A DNA stretch of 25,316 nucleotides from a virus (lineage: Duplodnaviria; Caudoviricetes), in IMG/VR virus record IMGVR_UViG_3300032320_001311, positions 1-25,316 of that record; one strand, 5' to 3'. Shown piece by piece: positions 1 to 10,180 of the stretch. Position 1 is the first letter of the stretch. Each line of letters begins with the position of its first letter. The notes under the pieces are model-generated. The model made no database searches. It was not told the origin of the DNA and saw only the letters and a list, made by a program, of their open reading frames with translations. Both the position numbers and the translations under genes were made by a program.

Positions 1-330
1 ACTCAAGCTGCCATAAAATCCAATCTTTTAAATTATTTATTAACTGATAATAGAGAACGTATTTTCAATCCTAATTTTGGATCAGGAATTAGAGGTATGT
101 TGTTTGAACAAATAACAACTTCAACAGCAGCTGAATTGAGAAATATGATAGTTCAAGAACTTGCTACTTATTTCCCAAATATTATTATTGAAAAATTAGA
201 CGTTACTCCTATTGAAGATTTAAACACACTACAGATATTTTTTAGATACTCTGTTGCGTTAACTAATATTCAAGATGAAATTCAAGTAACATTCCAAAAC
301 TCACAAACAACACCTCCAAATGCCATCTAG
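1..330 (+). CDS. Baseplate wedge subunit, T4 gp25/GPW-like (5'-truncated by window edge)
   Basis: Frame 1 is open from base 1: TQAAIKSNLLNYLLTDNRERIFNPNFGSGIRGMLFEQ carries the gp25 '(G)ERxxxPxFG...LFE' signature; lies directly upstream of a gp6-like gene. The ORF-track start at 97 is internal. Confidence 0.9.
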   Translation, partial: TQAAIKSNLLNYLLTDNRERIFNPNFGSGIRGMLFEQITTSTAAELRNMIVQELATYFPNIIIEKLDVTPIEDLNTLQIFFRYSVALTNIQDEIQVTFQNSQTTPPNAI

Positions 331-2194
331 TAAGAAAATATCATATATAAATAAAGATTTTGATACGTTTAAGCAACAATTAATTACATTTGCTAGAACT
401 TATTATCCTGAATCTTATAATGACTTTACAGAAGCATCTCCAGGTATGATGTTTATTGAGCAAGCCTCTTATGTAGGTGATGTTTTATCGTTTTATGCTG
501 ATAACCAAATGCAGGAAAACTTTGTTCAATTTGCAAAACAAAGAAAAAGTTTACTTGCTGCTGCTTATAGAGGAGGTTATACTCCTAAAGTTACTGCTGC
601 ATCAAGTGTAGTAGTAGATGTATATCAAATTTTACCTTCTACAATTATATTTGGACAAACAGTTCCTGATTGGAATTATGCTTTGATTATTGAACAAGGA
701 GCTCAATTAGCATATGTAGGTGATCCTTCAATTAAATTCTATATTAAGAATAAAATTGATTTTACCCAATCAGGCTCTAATAATCCAACAGAATTATCTG
801 TACGTTCATTAAATTCACTTAATCAACCAGATTATTATCTTGTTAAAAAGCAAGCAATAGCTGTTGCTGGTGAATTAAAAACAGTTGATTTTAGTTTTGG
901 AAATCCAATAAAATTTCCAACTGTAACAATTGCTGATGATAGAATTATTGGTATTGTTAGTGCTGTAGATAGTGATGGTAATAAATGGTCTGAAGTGCCT
1001 TATTTAGCACAAGAAACAATTTTTGCCCCTGTAGAAAATACAATTCTAAACGATCCAAATTTATACCAATATAGAAATCAGGTTCCTTATTTATTAAAGT
1101 TACAAAAAGTTCCAAGAAGATTTGTAGGTAGATTCTTATCAGATACTAGTTTACAATTACAATTTGGTGCTGGTATTTCAAATGCCGCTGATGAATACAT
1201 TACTCCAAATCCAGAAAACGTAGGTATAGGTTTACCTTATGGAGTAGATAGAATGACTACAGCGTATGATCCTTCAAACTTTATGTATACAAAAACATAT
1301 GGTATTGCTCCAGCTAATACAACTATAACAGTTACTTATTTAGCCGGAGGAGGAGTTGCATCAAATGTACCTTCAAATACTTTAGGTGTATTTGTTTCTG
1401 GTTCTGTTGCTTTCTATGGCTCAAATCTAAATCAAACAATTGCAACTACTGTTAACCAATCTTTAGTTTTTAATAACGAAATAGCAGCTACAGGTGGTGG
1501 AGATGGAGATACAGATGACGATTTAAGATTAAATACTTTAGCATCGTATCCTACACAATTACGTACTGTAACTAAAGATGACTATTTAATTAGAGCAGTT
1601 TCTTTGAATCCTCAATATGGTATTGTATCAAAAGCTTATATTACTCAAGATAAAGCAGTTACTCAAGATACTTATGCTCCATTAGAAAACAATCCTTTTG
1701 CTTTAAATTTATATATTTTATCAAGAAATAATTTAAATAAATTAGAACCACCTACACCCGCATTAAAAGCCAATTTAAAAACATTTTTAGGCGAGTATAG
1801 AATGTTAACTGACGCTATCAGTATTCTTGATGCTTTTATCATTAACATTGGTATAGATTTCGATATCGTTGTTAGACCAAATTATAATAATAAAGCAGTA
1901 CTAAATAGTTGTTTGGTTGAATTAAATAGATATTTTAATATAGACAATTGGCAAATCAATCAACCCATTATTCTTGCAAACGTTTATACTTTACTTGATA
2001 CTATAGAAGGTGTTCAAACTGTACAAAAAGTTAATTTTTATAATTTAGTTGGAGAAACAACCGGTTATTCAAAATATGCTTATGATATGAAAGCCGCTAC
2101 GATTAATGGAATTATTTATCCTTCATTAGATCCAAGTATCTTTGAGGTTAAATATCCAGGAACTGATATCGCAGGCAGAGTAGTAAACTTCTAA
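320..2194 (+). CDS. Baseplate wedge protein, T4 gp6 / baseplate-J-like
   Basis: N-terminal KDFDTFKQQL...YNDF...SPGMMFIE..SYVGDVLSFY.D....E.F...A..R.SL...A...GY.P; central 'LQFGAG', 'GGG..SNV' and 'A.GGGDGDT.DDLR......Y.TQ.R.VT..DY' motifs are typical of gp6. Confidence 0.9.
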   Translation: MPSSKKISYINKDFDTFKQQLITFARTYYPESYNDFTEASPGMMFIEQASYVGDVLSFYADNQMQENFVQFAKQRKSLLAAAYRGGYTPKVTAASSVVVDVYQILPSTIIFGQTVPDWNYALIIEQGAQLAYVGDPSIKFYIKNKIDFTQSGSNNPTELSVRSLNSLNQPDYYLVKKQAIAVAGELKTVDFSFGNPIKFPTVTIADDRIIGIVSAVDSDGNKWSEVPYLAQETIFAPVENTILNDPNLYQYRNQVPYLLKLQKVPRRFVGRFLSDTSLQLQFGAGISNAADEYITPNPENVGIGLPYGVDRMTTAYDPSNFMYTKTYGIAPANTTITVTYLAGGGVASNVPSNTLGVFVSGSVAFYGSNLNQTIATTVNQSLVFNNEIAATGGGDGDTDDDLRLNTLASYPTQLRTVTKDDYLIRAVSLNPQYGIVSKAYITQDKAVTQDTYAPLENNPFALNLYILSRNNLNKLEPPTPALKANLKTFLGEYRMLTDAISILDAFIINIGIDFDIVVRPNYNNKAVLNSCLVELNRYFNIDNWQINQPIILANVYTLLDTIEGVQTVQKVNFYNLVGETTGYSKYAYDMKAATINGIIYPSLDPSIFEVKYPGTDIAGRVVNF

Positions 2195-2210
2195 AAAGTA
2201 ATAAGTAAGT

Positions 2211-2218
2211 ATATTTAT
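2211..2218 (+). promoter_or_regulatory. ATATTTAT motif, putative phage late promoter
   Basis: Intergenic copy 17 nt before ATG 2236; the same 8-mer recurs in 7 other intergenic gaps. Confidence 0.65.
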
Positions 2219-2235
2219 ATAAGATTAATATACTT

Positions 2236-3396
2236 ATGGCAGTTTATAAAATATTCCCAGAAAAAGATGCGTTCATTTGGTCTGAACAGCAAACCCAAAA
2301 CATGGGTCGTGATGAAATTCTTGAAGTTTCAACATATAATGACCCGGCACCAACCGAAGGTAATTTAAGTGAAATACCCTCTGTAACAAGAGCATTAGTT
2401 AAATTCCCCCAGTCTCAAATAGATTCATTACTTGGTAATGTTATTAATATAGCAAATACAAGTAGCGTTTGGACTGCTGTTTTTAATTTATATTTAGCTA
2501 ACGCTTCTAATTTACCACAAACATATACATTACAATGTAATGCTATTTCTCAATCCTGGGAAATGGGAACCGGAAAAGTAGCAGATAGACCAAGAACATC
2601 AAATGGTGTTTCCTGGACTTATCGTTTTTCTTCTGCATCGGCTATTACTTGGCAAACATCAAGTTTTCAAACAAATGTTACTTCATCAGATAATGGAATA
2701 TTAGGACAAAGAGGTGGTGGTAACTGGTTTATTACTCCTTCTTCATCTCAAACATTTAATTATACATCTGATAAAGATATTAATTTTACAGTTAAACCAA
2801 TAGTACAAAGATGGTATAGCCATAGTTTATATCCTAATGTTTACCCTGAATCTTTTGGTAATGAGGGATTTATTGTTAAATACACAGGAAGTTTAGAATA
2901 TAATACTTCAAGTATTCAACAATTAAGTTATTTTTCAATGGATACTCATACTATATATCCTCCTTCATTGACATTTATGTGGGCTGATTATGTTAATAAT
3001 CCAGGTACTAGTTCTATTATTAACAATAACCAATTTATTACAACCATAGGTAACTTACAACCAGAATTAACTGCTCGTGACGTATATAGATTTAATGTTT
3101 ATTCAAGAGATCAATATCCTCCTAGGTCATTTCAAACCCAGTCCGTATATTTAAATACCAAAATACTTCCTACAGCAAGCTGTTGGGCTTTAAAAGATGT
3201 AGTTACTGGAGAGATGATTGTTGATTTTGATCCTATATATACTAGATTAAGTTCAAATTCTTCTTATAACTATTTTGATGTATATGCTGATGGGTTAGAA
3301 CCAGAAAGATATTATCAAATATTAATCCAAACAGTTGTTAATGGACAAATAATAACAGTTGATAATCCCGATTATTATTTTAAAATAGTTAGATAA
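2236..3396 (+). CDS. Virion structural protein with DNRLRE/CBM96-like beta-sandwich N-terminal region
   Basis: 386 aa; 'PEKDAFIWSE..TQNMGRDEILEV...TRALVKF...SQSWEMGTG...GVSW' resembles the DNRLRE-type domain; located within the baseplate module. Confidence 0.6.
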   Translation: MAVYKIFPEKDAFIWSEQQTQNMGRDEILEVSTYNDPAPTEGNLSEIPSVTRALVKFPQSQIDSLLGNVINIANTSSVWTAVFNLYLANASNLPQTYTLQCNAISQSWEMGTGKVADRPRTSNGVSWTYRFSSASAITWQTSSFQTNVTSSDNGILGQRGGGNWFITPSSSQTFNYTSDKDINFTVKPIVQRWYSHSLYPNVYPESFGNEGFIVKYTGSLEYNTSSIQQLSYFSMDTHTIYPPSLTFMWADYVNNPGTSSIINNNQFITTIGNLQPELTARDVYRFNVYSRDQYPPRSFQTQSVYLNTKILPTASCWALKDVVTGEMIVDFDPIYTRLSSNSSYNYFDVYADGLEPERYYQILIQTVVNGQIITVDNPDYYFKIVR

Positions 3397-3740
3397 TGAG
3401 TCAACAAGTTCAATTAACAAAAAAAGTATATGGACGAGGATTGTATCCTCAAATAATTGATACTAACTTTAATCAATTAGTTCCACCAGTAGAGGTAACA
3501 CCATCTTCTATAACGGTACCTGAATTTTTTGAGGCGTATGAAAATTTATTTTATGAAATTCCAGTAGCTGGAGATATTAATTCACATGAATATCTGGTAG
3601 TTAGAAGTTCTGAATATATAGGGGCAACAGTCCAAAATGATGAGATTAATTCTTTGTTAGATGAAATTAACTCATTAAGACAAGAATTGCTAGATGCAAA
3701 CAAAACAATTTTAGATCTAACAACAAATAGTATAGGTTAA
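3396..3740 (+). CDS. Hypothetical virion-associated protein with C-terminal coiled coil
   Basis: 114 aa, TAATG-coupled on both sides; heptad-like C-terminus DEINSLLDEINSLRQELLDA. Confidence 0.7.
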   Translation: MSQQVQLTKKVYGRGLYPQIIDTNFNQLVPPVEVTPSSITVPEFFEAYENLFYEIPVAGDINSHEYLVVRSSEYIGATVQNDEINSLLDEINSLRQELLDANKTILDLTTNSIG

Positions 3741-6700
3741 TGGAAAATGTAAATATTCAAAATATAAATTACGTAGCGGTTCCCGAGAATCAAGAATATA
3801 CTCCTAAAGATGAGAGTATACTGAACTCGGTCTTTATTATCAAAAACTTTGGTTATAAAGAAACTGACTATGTTGAAAACTACATTTATTCCCCCTCAAA
3901 TGAGTTATTATCTTCAAATTATAACTTTACAAATTATAGCGTAGAACTATCTTATGAAGATAGTGTTGTTTTTAATCAACTAACTTTATCACCAGAAAAT
4001 GATGTTAAAGCACAAGGAATAAACCAGGGTACTGTAAATTCTATTTACTATTTTTATAGAAAATTACTTGGAAGTTCTCCAAATTCTAAATTTTTACTTA
4101 AAACAATATCTACAGATCGAACAGAATTACGTGTAGTTCTTCTTTCTGTATCGGTAGATGATTTAGCTGATCAATTTTTTAATTGGTCTAATGAAGTAAA
4201 TTCAAGAAACTACTATAGTGATTTTACACTTAATTTTGGTAATAATAATACTTTAATTGGTGTAAATATTGCTTATGAAACAGCACTGGTTCCTACTTTA
4301 TTAATTAAATTATATGAACCTTTACCTGCTGAATATGATATAAATGATAGTTTTTGGTTAGTAGAAGAAATATCAGATCCTATTACTTATGAGGTTACAA
4401 TTGAACAAGAATTTATTAACGTAATTGAATCTAATCAGTTAAGAGGTCCAAATATTACTATTGATATTGATGAAAAACCAAACTTATCAACCCCTCCATT
4501 AACTTTAGACTCATTACGTTCAACAGAAGTAACTTCTTCATTACAACAATTAATATCTTTATTTGATGAAACAAGTGCTGATATTAATATTGAATATGAA
4601 ATATCTTCTGGTTCAACAACATGTACTGCTTTTGAAAATTTTGTACACTTTTCTTCTGCCGAAGAACGTTTAACAAATTTTAGATATAAATTATCATTAA
4701 TAGAAACTTATCAAGCAGAAATTAATACTTTAAATTCTGTAGGATCTGTTCCTTATATTTCCGAAAGTAAATTTTCATTACAAGGAAAACTTGATGAAGT
4801 AATTAAAAACTTTGATAATTACGAATATTTTCTTTACTATACTTCTGCATCTTCGGCTTGGCCTAAGATAAATAATAGTCAACCGTATCAATTATATCCA
4901 ATATCAGACCCAGTTGCATTAACTTGGTATGGAGATTCTACTTATGGTTCTCAATATTATGGAGGTCAAATATTAAGTGCATCTGTTTATGATCAACAAA
5001 ATCCAAATTATGTTTGGAATACAATGCCTATTTATGTTTCAACTGATCCTCAGAACTCAATAATTCAGTTGTTTATTTCAATGTTAGGTCAACACTATGA
5101 TTATTTATGGACCTACATTAAAGCAATTACTGATATTCAAAATGCAGATAACAGATTAGAACATGGTATTTCAAAAGATTTAGTATCTACAGCGTTACAA
5201 TCTTTTGGAATTAAATTATATAGTAATAACCGAAACAATGAAGATATTTATACCGCTTTCTTAGGTGTAACTCCTTCTGGTTCGTTAATTCCGTCAACAG
5301 GTTCATTATTAATTACAAATTATGTAACCGCTTCAAACCAAACCACTCCAGATAGCGATTTAGTAGCAGAAGGATATAAGCGTTTATACCATAATTTACC
5401 ATTGTTATTAAAAGCAAAAGGTACTTATAATGGTTTAAGAGCATTAATGAATTGTTTTGGTATTCCTCCCACTTTATTACGTATAGATGAATATGGTGGT
5501 GTAAATAAAGATACAAGTCAAGTTCAACAATACTTTGAACGCTTTGCATTCCAAACAGATTTTCAAGGATATGGGAACGTTAATGTTCCTTGGTTACCTT
5601 CAATGGCTCAATTTATTGATACAGGTAATCCTAATGTAATGCCTGATGCTATTGAATTTAGATTAAAAACACCAGGTATTCCTTCATCAGATATCATCGA
5701 ACCTGTATTCCAGGTAGGTGCTGATACTAATTTTAGATTTGGTATTCAACTTGCCTATAGTCAATCTTATAATAATTTTGTAAGTGGTACTATTACATCT
5801 CCAGCATCTCCTTATTATAATCAAAGATTAGGAGGTAATTTTCAAGAGTATGGTTTAATGAAATTAGTAATGTCCGGTTCTCAAGGATATTGTTATAGTG
5901 ATCCTATTTACTTACCCTTCTTTAATAAAGGATGGTGGAGTATTTTATTATATAGACAAAATGGTGCTGCCGATAATATTTCAGACAACACATATTGGGT
6001 AGTAGCTAAAAATTCAATTTATCAAGGTGAAGATGGTGCAACAGTAGGTTTTCAAGCATCTTCATCAATATATGTTATGGGAGCTGTTTCCTCTTCTTAT
6101 AATAATTCTTGGAACTATTATAATGCTACTCCTATAGTATCTGCCTCTTTAATACCTTTAGACGCCTATTTAGGTGGTACTGGTAGTAATGGTGTATTAT
6201 CACCAAACGGAATTGCATTTACAGGTTCTTTCCAAGATTTAAGATATTGGAGAAATGAATTAGGATTAGAATCATTTAATAAACACGTTTTGAACCCTAT
6301 GTCTATTCAAAATAATGAATACTCAGGTTCAGACGACTCATATAATGATTTAGTTTTCCGTTTAGGTTTAGGTAATGATTTAATGGCTACTCCTAATGGA
6401 CTTAATTTTACAGGTAGCCGATATAGTGTGGATGCTTATGGTAACGCTTATTATGCCACAGCTTCATATACTGCCTCCGCTGCTGTATTACAATCAATAC
6501 ATCCAGCAATTACAGGTACTGTAGCTACAACAGCTTCATTTATTATTCCCTATAATCCATCATCTTATGATATTAATATGTATGGAGTTTATAAATACGA
6601 TCTTACATTAAGTGGAAGTCCTGTTGGCCATTATATATTCACCTCTTCATTTCCAGGAACTAATCCTTCCTATTATAGTGGAAATTATTATACTGGTTCT

Positions 6701-9469
6701 ACAAGTTACCATTTATTTGCCTTATCTTATGGTATAAATAATTCTGGTAGTGCAGGTAATACTACTTATTATGCTTTATTAAACGAACCAAATGTAGGAG
6801 CTATTACTGCTGTAAATGATAAGATAAGAATTGTTGATCAAAATATAATAACAGGAAGTACATTATCTCCCTTTATTACTATAACCCAACCCCAATTAGA
6901 TCCTTTCACACCAGATTTACCTTATATAGATGTAAGTTTATCTCCACAAAATTCTATTGATTATGATATTATCAATCAATTAGGATATTGGAGTATTGAC
7001 GATTATATAGGTGATCCTCTGGATGCAAGAAGTACTTTTTATCAAAGACTTGCTCAATTAAGAAATTATTACTTTAAAAAATATATTCAAAAATATAGCG
7101 TAACAGACATTATGCGTTTGTTAGGTTATTTTGATAACTCATTATTCAAGATGATTAAGGATTGGGTTCCTGGACGTGCTAGTTTAGCATCTGGGGTTAT
7201 AATTCGTCCACATATTCTTGAAAGAGTTAAAATGCAAAGATTTGAACCTGACTTCTATACAGGAAGTTATTATACTGGTTCAATTCCAATGGTAGATATA
7301 ACTGCAAGTTATGGTTATCAAGAAGATAGAATCACATTTAATTATGACTATACAACAGCAGCACCAAACGTCCCAACTACAAATTCTGTAGCATCAACAT
7401 TTACAACTGCTTCTGGAATTTATATTTACAATGTAGATGACCAAATGTCTCCATATAATGGAGAATATGGTGGAAGTCAAATATCAGTTTACCATTTACC
7501 TACTTCAAGTATGGTAATGGAACCTAATAATTTAGATTTTCTTGACATGCCTCTTGCAGATCAGGTTCCAACAGCTATAAGTTATTCCGTATTACCTTTC
7601 TTACCTACATTAAACACAGTACAAAGTGATAGAAAAAGTACTCAACGATTAGATGTAGATTATTCTTCTAATCCAAACGTAGCAGTAAATAATTACTATA
7701 TTACTCAAAGATATGATGGTGGTTTAACAGGTTCAACTGCTGCTTCTGCTAATTCTGAATTAGCATTAGCTTTATCTCAACAATCATCTTCATTCTTAAA
7801 TGCTCCTTCTCAGGATAGTAACTATACAATGAAACCATTAATCGATTCAAAATATAATGGTATCAAATTAGTAGCTAGACAATATAATACTTATTCTGTT
7901 GGGGATATTTCATATGGTGATTCACCTGTTATTAGTAAAAATTCAATTTATTTTGCTTACTTTAAAGAAGTAGTAGGCACAGGATCATGTATGGCCCTAA
8001 CGTCATCTGCTTTACCTTATATCAGTAATGTTTATACAAAGTATTTAATTGATGCTCAATCAAATGTACTTGAATTAACAAAACAAAATAAAAACATATT
8101 TTCAATACAAGAAATATTTAATAATCAACAAGCAGTTATTTCATTGTTTAATAATCAACAGCCATCTAAACAAGTATTCTTAGATGGTTTACAAGATATA
8201 TATGCCGGTGGATTTAGATATACTCCTGTATTATATAATCCTTATGGTGAATCTACATTAAGATACTCTCTTACAACTTCAGTAGTACAACAAATCCCGG
8301 CTGCTGGTGAGGGTGGAATGTATAATGCTTCTCAAGCATCCTCAGTATGTATTATTCCTGGTAGCCCTGGAATATCATCTAGTGTTTATTATTATAATCA
8401 ATCAGGATATCTAGGAGGATATTATAACGTAGGTGCTACAATTTTTCCTACTTTTTCATTACAAAGAACAGGAGATTTAGCTACTACTTATATTGATAAA
8501 GCAGTAAACGTATACGTTAAATTTACGGGTAGTCTTAGTTTTACTGCTTATTTTGCTTCAACTGATTATAATTCTCCAGCCTATGTTAGTGTTTCTCCCG
8601 GTTATGAATTAGTAAATTTTACATCAGGTTCTGATGTAATAAATGATAATTCTGCTTTTGCTCAGGGACAATTTTATGGTGATGCTTTAATTACCATTCC
8701 TGCCTATACTAATTATGTTGACTATAATGGTAATGGAATTTATATAAGTGCTTATGCTGACATTGCAGGTAATACTTCATTTTCTATTCCCTTTGTAAAT
8801 CAAGGATTTTATCCCCGATCATTAAATTTTAGTAATGCCGGAGGACCAGGAAACGCATATGCAATTACTTCTCAATCTACTTCTACAATTACTCAAATTA
8901 TATCAGGGGCGGTTGATACAGGATATGGTTCAAATACTTTCTTTAAACGAGATACAGGTTCATTTAATATTTTAACTGGTTCTGTTTCTATGTCTTATTG
9001 GTATGGACAATTTATTCAATCAGAATCTGCAGCCGCGGTTGCTGGTGGTTATGAAAGAATAGAAGAAGTATATCGCATTCAAAAAGGAGATTTGTTTAGA
9101 TTTTATAATAAAGAAAATAATCAATTTGATAAATCTTTTGAAAGAGAAGTTAAAGGTGTAAATATTCCAACTAAAACAACTATTGAAAATAGTGGATTTA
9201 CTCAAGCTATGACTATTGAATTTGATGACCAAATTGATCCTCGTTCTTGTCAAGATTGGATAACTACTGCGAATAATGATACTGCTTATCAAGTCAGTAA
9301 ATTCATCATAATGAGAAAACTTCCAGACGAAACAAATATTACACTTAATTATCAAAAACAACCAGGTTTAACCTCAGATGGTATAATTATACCAGCGGAT
9401 GCCCCAGTAAGTTTAAGAGATGAAGCAGGTAATATTGTAAAACAACTTAAAGCACAAAACTTAATTTAG
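3740..9469 (+). CDS. Large baseplate wedge/tail protein (gp7 / P2 gpI-like KGT motif) with LamG-like domain
   Basis: 1909-aa ORF; 'LYHNLPLLLKAKGTYNGLRALMNCFGIP' is the KGT motif of gp7/gpI-type proteins; 'FFNKGWWSILL...AYLGG...FTGSFQDLRYW' is concanavalin/LamG-like; downstream of gp25-gp6. Confidence 0.7.
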   Translation: MENVNIQNINYVAVPENQEYTPKDESILNSVFIIKNFGYKETDYVENYIYSPSNELLSSNYNFTNYSVELSYEDSVVFNQLTLSPENDVKAQGINQGTVNSIYYFYRKLLGSSPNSKFLLKTISTDRTELRVVLLSVSVDDLADQFFNWSNEVNSRNYYSDFTLNFGNNNTLIGVNIAYETALVPTLLIKLYEPLPAEYDINDSFWLVEEISDPITYEVTIEQEFINVIESNQLRGPNITIDIDEKPNLSTPPLTLDSLRSTEVTSSLQQLISLFDETSADINIEYEISSGSTTCTAFENFVHFSSAEERLTNFRYKLSLIETYQAEINTLNSVGSVPYISESKFSLQGKLDEVIKNFDNYEYFLYYTSASSAWPKINNSQPYQLYPISDPVALTWYGDSTYGSQYYGGQILSASVYDQQNPNYVWNTMPIYVSTDPQNSIIQLFISMLGQHYDYLWTYIKAITDIQNADNRLEHGISKDLVSTALQSFGIKLYSNNRNNEDIYTAFLGVTPSGSLIPSTGSLLITNYVTASNQTTPDSDLVAEGYKRLYHNLPLLLKAKGTYNGLRALMNCFGIPPTLLRIDEYGGVNKDTSQVQQYFERFAFQTDFQGYGNVNVPWLPSMAQFIDTGNPNVMPDAIEFRLKTPGIPSSDIIEPVFQVGADTNFRFGIQLAYSQSYNNFVSGTITSPASPYYNQRLGGNFQEYGLMKLVMSGSQGYCYSDPIYLPFFNKGWWSILLYRQNGAADNISDNTYWVVAKNSIYQGEDGATVGFQASSSIYVMGAVSSSYNNSWNYYNATPIVSASLIPLDAYLGGTGSNGVLSPNGIAFTGSFQDLRYWRNELGLESFNKHVLNPMSIQNNEYSGSDDSYNDLVFRLGLGNDLMATPNGLNFTGSRYSVDAYGNAYYATASYTASAAVLQSIHPAITGTVATTASFIIPYNPSSYDINMYGVYKYDLTLSGSPVGHYIFTSSFPGTNPSYYSGNYYTGSTSYHLFALSYGINNSGSAGNTTYYALLNEPNVGAITAVNDKIRIVDQNIITGSTLSPFITITQPQLDPFTPDLPYIDVSLSPQNSIDYDIINQLGYWSIDDYIGDPLDARSTFYQRLAQLRNYYFKKYIQKYSVTDIMRLLGYFDNSLFKMIKDWVPGRASLASGVIIRPHILERVKMQRFEPDFYTGSYYTGSIPMVDITASYGYQEDRITFNYDYTTAAPNVPTTNSVASTFTTASGIYIYNVDDQMSPYNGEYGGSQISVYHLPTSSMVMEPNNLDFLDMPLADQVPTAISYSVLPFLPTLNTVQSDRKSTQRLDVDYSSNPNVAVNNYYITQRYDGGLTGSTAASANSELALALSQQSSSFLNAPSQDSNYTMKPLIDSKYNGIKLVARQYNTYSVGDISYGDSPVISKNSIYFAYFKEVVGTGSCMALTSSALPYISNVYTKYLIDAQSNVLELTKQNKNIFSIQEIFNNQQAVISLFNNQQPSKQVFLDGLQDIYAGGFRYTPVLYNPYGESTLRYSLTTSVVQQIPAAGEGGMYNASQASSVCIIPGSPGISSSVYYYNQSGYLGGYYNVGATIFPTFSLQRTGDLATTYIDKAVNVYVKFTGSLSFTAYFASTDYNSPAYVSVSPGYELVNFTSGSDVINDNSAFAQGQFYGDALITIPAYTNYVDYNGNGIYISAYADIAGNTSFSIPFVNQGFYPRSLNFSNAGGPGNAYAITSQSTSTITQIISGAVDTGYGSNTFFKRDTGSFNILTGSVSMSYWYGQFIQSESAAAVAGGYERIEEVYRIQKGDLFRFYNKENNQFDKSFEREVKGVNIPTKTTIENSGFTQAMTIEFDDQIDPRSCQDWITTANNDTAYQVSKFIIMRKLPDETNITLNYQKQPGLTSDGIIIPADAPVSLRDEAGNIVKQLKAQNLI

Positions 9470-9484
9470 AAATACAAAAACATT

Positions 9485-9492
9485 ATATTTAT
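9485..9492 (+). promoter_or_regulatory. ATATTTAT motif, putative phage late promoter
   Basis: Intergenic copy 19 nt before ATG 9512. Confidence 0.65.
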
Positions 9493-9511
9493 ATATAGTA
9501 AACAATAAAAC

Positions 9512-10174
9512 ATGGGATATTTAAATTCGACTACTGTAACAGTAGATGCAATATTAACCACAAAAGGTAGAGAGTTATTAGCAGCAAATGATGGTTCTTT
9601 TAGAATTACACAATTTGCATTATCAGATGATGAGATTGATTATACATTATATAATCCAAACCATCCTTCAGGCTCTGCTTTCTATGGTGAAGCTATTGAG
9701 GCAATGCCAATTATTGAAGCATTCCCTGATGAAACACAAATTATGAAATACAAGTTATTTACTGCTCCTCGTGGAACAGCAAAATTACCGGTACTTGATA
9801 TTGGTTATGCTTCAATCACTTTAAAACAAGGTGCTACTTTATCAATCACACCTCAAACATTAAACTATTTAGGTGCTTCTACCACATTCGAATCTTCGGG
9901 TTATACGGCCACTATAGGTGACGTTAGAACATTATCTCAGTTTACTGGTGTGGGTATTAATACACCGGAAGTAACCGCTTTAAATACATCTACAACAATA
10001 GGAACTAATGTAAGTAAAACAGTAATTGGTACTACAATCAATATGACAGGTACAACTGTAAACGCATTATTTGGTTCATCAGCAACTGCTCTTTATACTC
10101 AATTAATTATAACAGGTAGAGATTCAGGTGCTCGTTTAACAGTTCCAGTAACAATTACAAAAGTAACACAATAA
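9512..10174 (+). CDS. Virion structural protein; N-terminus resembles first half of tail-collar fibre (DUF3751-like) domain
   Basis: 'AILTTKGRELLA...FRITQFALSDDEIDY' parallels the 'ITxxGxxxLA...IT.MA.GDG' start of P2 gpH-type fibres; Thr-rich beta-strand C-terminus. Confidence 0.6.
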   Translation: MGYLNSTTVTVDAILTTKGRELLAANDGSFRITQFALSDDEIDYTLYNPNHPSGSAFYGEAIEAMPIIEAFPDETQIMKYKLFTAPRGTAKLPVLDIGYASITLKQGATLSITPQTLNYLGASTTFESSGYTATIGDVRTLSQFTGVGINTPEVTALNTSTTIGTNVSKTVIGTTINMTGTTVNALFGSSATALYTQLIITGRDSGARLTVPVTITKVTQ

Positions 10175-10180
10175 TAAAAT

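Noticed and set aside
5244-5251. ATATTTAT inside the 1909-aa gene
   Set aside because: Mid-CDS with no downstream gene start; a few chance copies of an all-AT 8-mer are expected.
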